A program made the position numbers and the translations under genes. Positions 63,011 through 64,000 of a stretch of 64,000 nt of DNA are shown here, in pieces. Every line of letters begins with the position of its first letter. The first letter of the stretch is position 1. Origin of the DNA: Phoronis australis (lineage: Eukaryota; Animalia; Phoronida); contig NMRA01000284.1 of the NCBI GenBank assembly GCA_002633005.1, forward strand, positions 64,103-128,102, given 5' to 3'. A model generated the notes under the pieces. That model worked only from the letters and a program-made list of their open reading frames with translations. It was not told the DNA's origin and did no database searches.

Positions 63011-64000
63011 GGGATTTCGCCTTCTCCAGTGAACCAGATGTCAAAACTTTCAAACCTAACATTTTGTCATAAGATTTGGTGAGGGACCTCGATGTCTCGA
63101 TTTTGGGGACGAATAGCGGGTCCTTACGGAATGTAGGCAATGACCATCGCCTCTGTTGGCCCGAACCAGAGGCGATGTAGGGGCTATAGGCGCTCTGTAC
63201 GCCGGAAGCTTTTCGGCGAATTATGCCTCGCACTGACTAAACCTTCAAAGTCACGTTGTTATAACTACCTTTTGCGCATTGACGAACACCTTAGGAGGTT
63301 GTCGATGTGTTTAAGTTCTTCCAACTCGAACAAATACTCCCGTTATGAAACTTTTTCTTCGATCAGTCCCTATTTCAGTTCCCAAAATCGTGAAATCAAA
63401 ATTTTTGTACTGCGCACGCTCTAACTTTTACCGCGCTTGCTAGGTGATGTGACTTCCTAACCTCAATAATTTCTAAATAGGCCAAAGGTGAGCCATTGCG
63501 GTCTTGTCAGTCAAATGTTCGTTTCCAAAATGCCACCACTGACTTATACTTGTCTTTAATTGGCGTTACTTGAAACTGTTTGTATTTCAATGAATTATTG
63601 TTTGTATTTGATAAAAATAAATGCTGTTGATATGACATTTAAAAGTCTTTGTGCACATATTTGACATTTTAATGTTTAACAACACGGCAAATGCACGGCT
63701 GGTTCCCGGCAGCACGTACGCAAAGGGCGGGAACTTCAGCTTTCAAAGTTCGCCGGTAGGATCGCAACTTCTGACCTTCGGCCTGGTTAAAAAAAATGAA
63801 AATTTTGATTTCACGATTTTGGGAACTGAAATAGGGACTGCTCGAAGAAAAAGTTTCATAACGGGAGTATTTGTTCGAGTTGGAAGAACTTAAACACATC
63901 GACAACCTCCTAAGGTGTTCGTCTATGCGCAAAAGGTAGTTATAACAACGTGACTTTGATGGTTTAGTCGGTGCGAGGCATAATTCGCCGAAAAGCTTCC
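63011..64000. mobile_element. Young DNA element with long TIRs (Kolobok-like TTAA/GG start), incomplete at the window end
   Basis: 63204-63405 and 63799-64000 are inverted repeats with about 4 mismatches in 202 bp; candidate left terminus TTAA|GGGATTTCGCC at 63007-63021. Confidence 0.7.

Overview
This is AT-rich animal genomic DNA, probably from a marine invertebrate (inferred from the gene and repeat types), in a draft assembly with three single-N gaps at 19537, 24708 and 51630. Five host genes are supported, several rebuilt by hand from GT-AG exons. (1) An 876-aa class B / Methuselah-like GPCR with a somatomedin-B domain, encoded in one coding exon (+, 8577-11207). (2) The first two exons of mitochondrial processing peptidase alpha (PMPCA, -), cut off at the gap at 19537. 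(3) A complete 7-exon heparan sulfate 2-O-sulfotransferase (HS2ST1, +), head-to-head with PMPCA. (4) A 13-exon C9orf43/DUF4647-like gene (-) with two frame-compatible candidate last exons. (5) A 48-bp first coding exon resembling GOLGA2/GM130 (+). Mobile DNA includes a Mag-type Ty3/Gypsy 5' end, hAT MITEs with 5-bp and 8-bp TSDs, a tRNA-derived SINE with a 13-bp TSD, LINE remnants, a foldback-like element and a young long-TIR element running off the window end. I found no clearly new biological system. The best leads are the orphan SMB-GPCR, the extended C9orf43-like gene and the apparent ancient linkage of PMPCA, C9orf43 and GOLGA2.
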